DNA of 63,996 nucleotides, filler included, from Basidiobolus ranarum (Eukaryota): NCBI GenBank assembly GCA_040143965.1. It is 3 parts of 3 records of this genome, joined end to end, with 100 filler letters (N's around TTAATTAATTAA, not from the genome) between each part and the next. Parts side by side here need not be neighbours in the genome. Positions count along the whole stretch, not along the records: positions 46,017 to 63,996 come from JASJQH010007161.1; 2 more parts are not named here. One strand, 5' to 3'. Shown piece by piece: positions 62,223 to 63,996 of this stretch (position 1 is its first letter; each line of letters starts with the position of its first letter). The notes under the pieces were generated by a model. It saw only the letters and a program-made list of their open reading frames with translations, ran no database searches and was not told where the DNA came from. The position numbers and the translations under genes were made by a program.

Positions 62223-63194
62223 TTACCATTTCAAAGAGATAACTACTGCCATGGAAAGCAAGCCACTCCAAACACTTAGCAGACTCTGAGATGGGCTATC
62301 AGAAGTGTGGTTGGGTGGCAAAGCAATCACTCCGTCTATGATATGCATGACTCCATTGTAAGTTAAAATATCGGTTCTTAAGATACGACATCCGTTAACG
62401 AAGAGGGAGCCATTCGTAGACTTGATGTTAAGGGAATATCCCATTGTAGATTGGAATTTAGCTCCATCTTGTAGTTTGTTAGATAGAACGATATCATTTA
62501 TCACTTGATTTTTTACAATTGGTGATAGTTGAGGTCGAGTCTTACTTGCAAAGTCATTCTGAACAAGTGCTTCGTTGGTTGGGGTAAATATCGTTAACCT
62601 GTATACATCATTCATGGTGTTTACTAAAGCAGCTCGTTCAGCCGCATCTGCTAATTCTTGGTAACCTGCATCCCGAAGGACTTGGTAAGGAGTATTGGGA
62701 GGTGGAAGTAGTGCATCCACGATATGAACCACTCCATTGGTAGCCTTATGAGCATCCAACTTTATCACATTGGAGCTGTTGAGGCCTTGAGCAATGAAAG
62801 TGTGAGTGCTATTCTTATCAAAGATCAGAACTTGTACGTCACCATCCTGATTAACGTAGGCCGAATCTTTCAAGAGAGTAAACGGAAACCGCTTTATGTC
62901 GAGTGTTGAACTGTCAAAGTTTCCATACACAGTTAAATATTGTAAATAAGCCAAAACAGTCTTTGGTTGGGTCATATCTATTTTGGCATTGGTAAAGGCA
63001 GCGTCTGTAGGTGCAAACACTGTGAACTCGTTACTACCAGTCAGAACCTCTTTCAGCGATACATAATTAGGATCGTTTAGTAGAGTAGAGAAGGTTTTAA
63101 GCGAGGAATCACCGTTAATGGATTCAAGTAAGTTCTGTCCAAACACCGAGTTGACAGTTAGAAGTAGACCTACTAAACCGGAGAAATACTTCAT
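62223..63194 (-). CDS. Fasciclin (two FAS1 domains) cell-surface protein, probably GPI-anchored
   Basis: Signal peptide; FTVFAPTDAAF...ATNGVVHIVDALL; LTIFTPTNEAL...NGVMHIIDGVI; hydrophobic C-terminus after an S-rich spacer. Confidence 0.92.
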   Translation of the reverse strand: MKYFSGLVGLLLTVNSVFGQNLLESINGDSSLKTFSTLLNDPNYVSLKEVLTGSNEFTVFAPTDAAFTNAKIDMTQPKTVLAYLQYLTVYGNFDSSTLDIKRFPFTLLKDSAYVNQDGDVQVLIFDKNSTHTFIAQGLNSSNVIKLDAHKATNGVVHIVDALLPPPNTPYQVLRDAGYQELADAAERAALVNTMNDVYRLTIFTPTNEALVQNDFASKTRPQLSPIVKNQVINDIVLSNKLQDGAKFQSTMGYSLNIKSTNGSLFVNGCRILRTDILTYNGVMHIIDGVIALPPNHTSDSPSQSLLSVWSGLLSMAVVISLKW

Positions 63195-63538
63195 GATAGA
63201 GGTTGTGGTGTAAGAGTGGGGAAAATATAGAGAAGCTTTCGAGGTTGTCTTGAAATAGCCTTTCTTAAAAAAATGAATGAATATCCACTATTTTTGGCAA
63301 TATCGCCAAATTAATCAGTTTGATTGAATGCATACTTTTGGCTAAATAAACTCTATAAGAATGTTCGCTGACTTCAATCACATGTTATACAGTAGTCACA
63401 ACCGACAACCGATGATCGAGCCCCAAACTGTTTGTTACCTAAACGTTATCCTACTTAAGATTTACTAAGCAATATTACAACATCCACGATGATGACAAAC
63501 AATTTCTTTTTATTATTCAAAATCAATCAACAGAATCA

Positions 63539-63996
63539 TCACGTACGCTTACTACCATTTTTGCCACCTGGTTTTGAGGTTCTTTCCTTTCCCTTGGCGG
63601 ATGATTTGCCGGATCTATCCTTGCCGAGAGCGGGTGGTAGAAGCTTGATGGGTGCACCAAGTATGTGAAGAATACTTTTCCTCATGTTGTTTATTCCTGC
63701 CTTGGTATGTGCACTAGCCATCAAAACATTTTTGATCGAGTGGCGGTACTCGGCAAGATCCTTCAGCACGACACAGTAGCGTCTGGCTAAAACCTGGCGC
63801 GGAACCAAATCGCACTTGGTCATGACTACCTGGAACTTGACATTCTTTCTGTGGGGCTGGGTTAGAAAGGGTAAATAGCAGATCAGTTAAGTACGAGGGC
63901 ACTTACGAGTCAACCATTTCCATGAATTGCTTATCGATATACTTGACACCTGGGTGGTGATCCTATTAGAAAGAAGACACAGAAAGAATGTATGAG
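63539..63996 (-). CDS. EngB/YihA-family GTP-binding protein, 3' part (gene starts beyond the window)
   Basis: GVKYIDKQFMEMVDS / ...FQVVMTKCDLV (G4 TKxD) ...VLMASAHTKAGINNMRKSI (G5). Confidence 0.7.

Overview
AT-rich, intron-rich fungal genomic DNA. The gene content (Med25 with VWA and ACID domains, White-collar-1, HROB-like, HSBP1, MTC6, HIS6) points to an early-diverging (zygomycete-grade) fungus; the genus cannot be fixed from sequence alone. The window is three contigs joined by two artificial 100-bp spacers (N44-TTAATTAATTAA-N44). About 25 genes can be supported, most of them multi-exon housekeeping or regulatory genes: TLDc/Oxr1, HROB-like, C2H2 TF, Med25, HSBP1, mito uS17, eS27, SQR, SDR, DUF1640, TBCA, WC-1, MBL hydrolase, UBC8, P4-ATPase, bZIP, PH protein, HIS6, MTC6, AIM41, fasciclin and EngB GTPase. 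The most notable observations are: (1) a tandem array of small secreted prepro-peptides with a 21-aa mature region CC-x4-C-x6-CC-x4-C (toxin/antimicrobial-like), with one complete copy, one copy cut by the window edge and one decayed copy; (2) an otherwise intact WC-1 photoreceptor whose LOV adduct-forming Cys is replaced by Ser (GRNSRFLQ); (3) a fungal Med25; (4) a tandem pair of unknown secreted Thr-rich proteins; (5) an apparent GA-AG intron in UBC8; (6) a structured eS27 intron; (7) a TG...CA dispersed repeat that forms a fold-back. Exon boundaries were read by eye and are approximate where stated.
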